Shown here piece by piece: positions 63,073 through 64,000 of a stretch of 64,000 nt of DNA. Numbering within the stretch: the stretch's first letter is position 1; each line of letters starts with the position of its first letter. The notes under the pieces were generated by a model. It did no database searches and was not told the DNA's origin. It saw only the letters and a list, made by a program, of their open reading frames with translations. Position numbers and translations under genes: made by a program. This DNA is from Camelus dromedarius (Eukaryota). The DNA is taken from positions 15,936,001 through 16,000,000 of the forward strand of contig NC_087437.1 in NCBI RefSeq assembly GCF_036321535.1, given 5' to 3'.

Positions 63073-63854
63073 AATCAAATTAGACTCCTCACTCAGGTTC
63101 CTGAAATGATCCTATGGATGTTATCAAACAAATCATCTCAGAGAGTATTTTTTATGCACCTAGTGTATGCAGGGTATCCGGTTGGTCCTTTCAGCAGCAG
63201 AATCTTCTGTCCAAATTCCATTCTGTGAGAAAACTGGGGCACTTAGGCTCAGCTTCTCTGCAAGTCTCACTTCTGAGATAGGAAACATTCCTGAGGCAGG
63301 AAACTTCTGAGAAGGAGCCCTTTCTGAGTGAAAACAGTCGTTTCCTGCTTCACAGCTCTTAAGCTGCCATTTAGAATTCAGGTGTCACCCGAGAGTCTCT
63401 GAAGCACCACGTTATCTGGATATTAAGACGTGGGTCCCTTTTCCCCAGAGGACTGATCCCCGGTGGCTCACCTCATCATAGGGAGGTCTCCCAACCTGCC
63501 GTTACTTCAGGGGTGAGCTCCCACCTGCCTGAAACAACTCAGAAGGGGGAGCAATAAAGAAAGAGGAGGGGGATGGAGAAGGGAGGAAAGGAAGAGAGTA
63601 AACGGGGGAGGAGGAGAGGCGGTGCCTTGCACATGCAGGGGTTTGGGGAGCAAAAGCCGCCCAGCCTCCCAGGTTCACTGTCAGTGTCAGTTGGATGTGG
63701 GGGGCATGGGGATTTTCCCTGTTTTAGGTGTGACAGATATTTACTTCCTAAAGGGAGTGGATTGGGGTGGTGATGCTGTAGACATAAAAGAGCAAATAGC
63801 ATCCTAAGGCCTCAGACGCCTAGGGCAGCTGAATGGGGCCTTAGAGGCTCCAAG

Positions 63855-64000
63855 ATGTGAGGACATGGGCTCTGGTTCCAGCTCTGCCACTGCTAACATG
63901 TGACCTTAGACTAGTTCCTGTGTTTGGGCCTCAGTGTTCTTGTGTGTAAATGGGCCACAGTTCCCAGAGGCAGTGCCTGTGAGGGCTGAACTCAGGGCAA
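63855..64000 (+). mobile_element. MIR
   Basis: ccagctctgccactgctaacatgtgacctt...ggcctcagt...tgtaaatggg. Confidence 0.75.

Noticed and set aside
1..64000. ORFs of 60-220 aa in the six-frame track as host genes
   Set aside because: They overlap in many frames, are Pro/Gly/Ser/Trp-rich as expected from GC-rich non-coding DNA, often start at non-ATG codons and show no recognisable domain. Only the L1 ORF2 relics are homologous to real proteins.
1..64000. CRISPR array, operon or other prokaryote-type system
   Set aside because: No regularly spaced repeat-spacer array or gene-dense region was seen; the sequence is eutherian repeat-rich DNA.

Overview
Mammalian genomic DNA, most likely camelid (alpaca/camel). 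Evidence: two tRNA-derived Vic-1-type SINEs, several young artiodactyl-type L1 3' ends, and no Alu, Bov-A/tA, PRE-1 or Can-SINE seen. I recognise no host protein-coding exon. The only ORFs resembling known proteins are decayed LINE-1 ORF2 pieces (14716-15009, 50262-50729, 50878-51093). The window is a mosaic of old eutherian repeats (MIR, L2, L1M/HAL1, MLT1/MLT2, MER2, MER5, MER20, MER53, Charlie1), younger insertions and GC-rich unique DNA. It may be the first intron of a + strand gene: there is a CpG-enriched block ending in a GTAAGT donor at 3908, and most L1 pieces lie antisense. I found no convincing new biological system. Best leads: (1) a compositionally anomalous, motif-dense segment at ~8.5-8.8 kb; (2) two 5'-inverted L1 insertions 15 bp apart inside a Charlie1 element, plus a third ancient one; (3) a MER53 hairpin carrying a miR-1302-like sequence; (4) a minus-strand exon-intron-exon signature at 55.5-55.8 kb. 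Repeat subfamily names come from my recall of consensus sequences, and boundaries are approximate unless a TSD is quoted.
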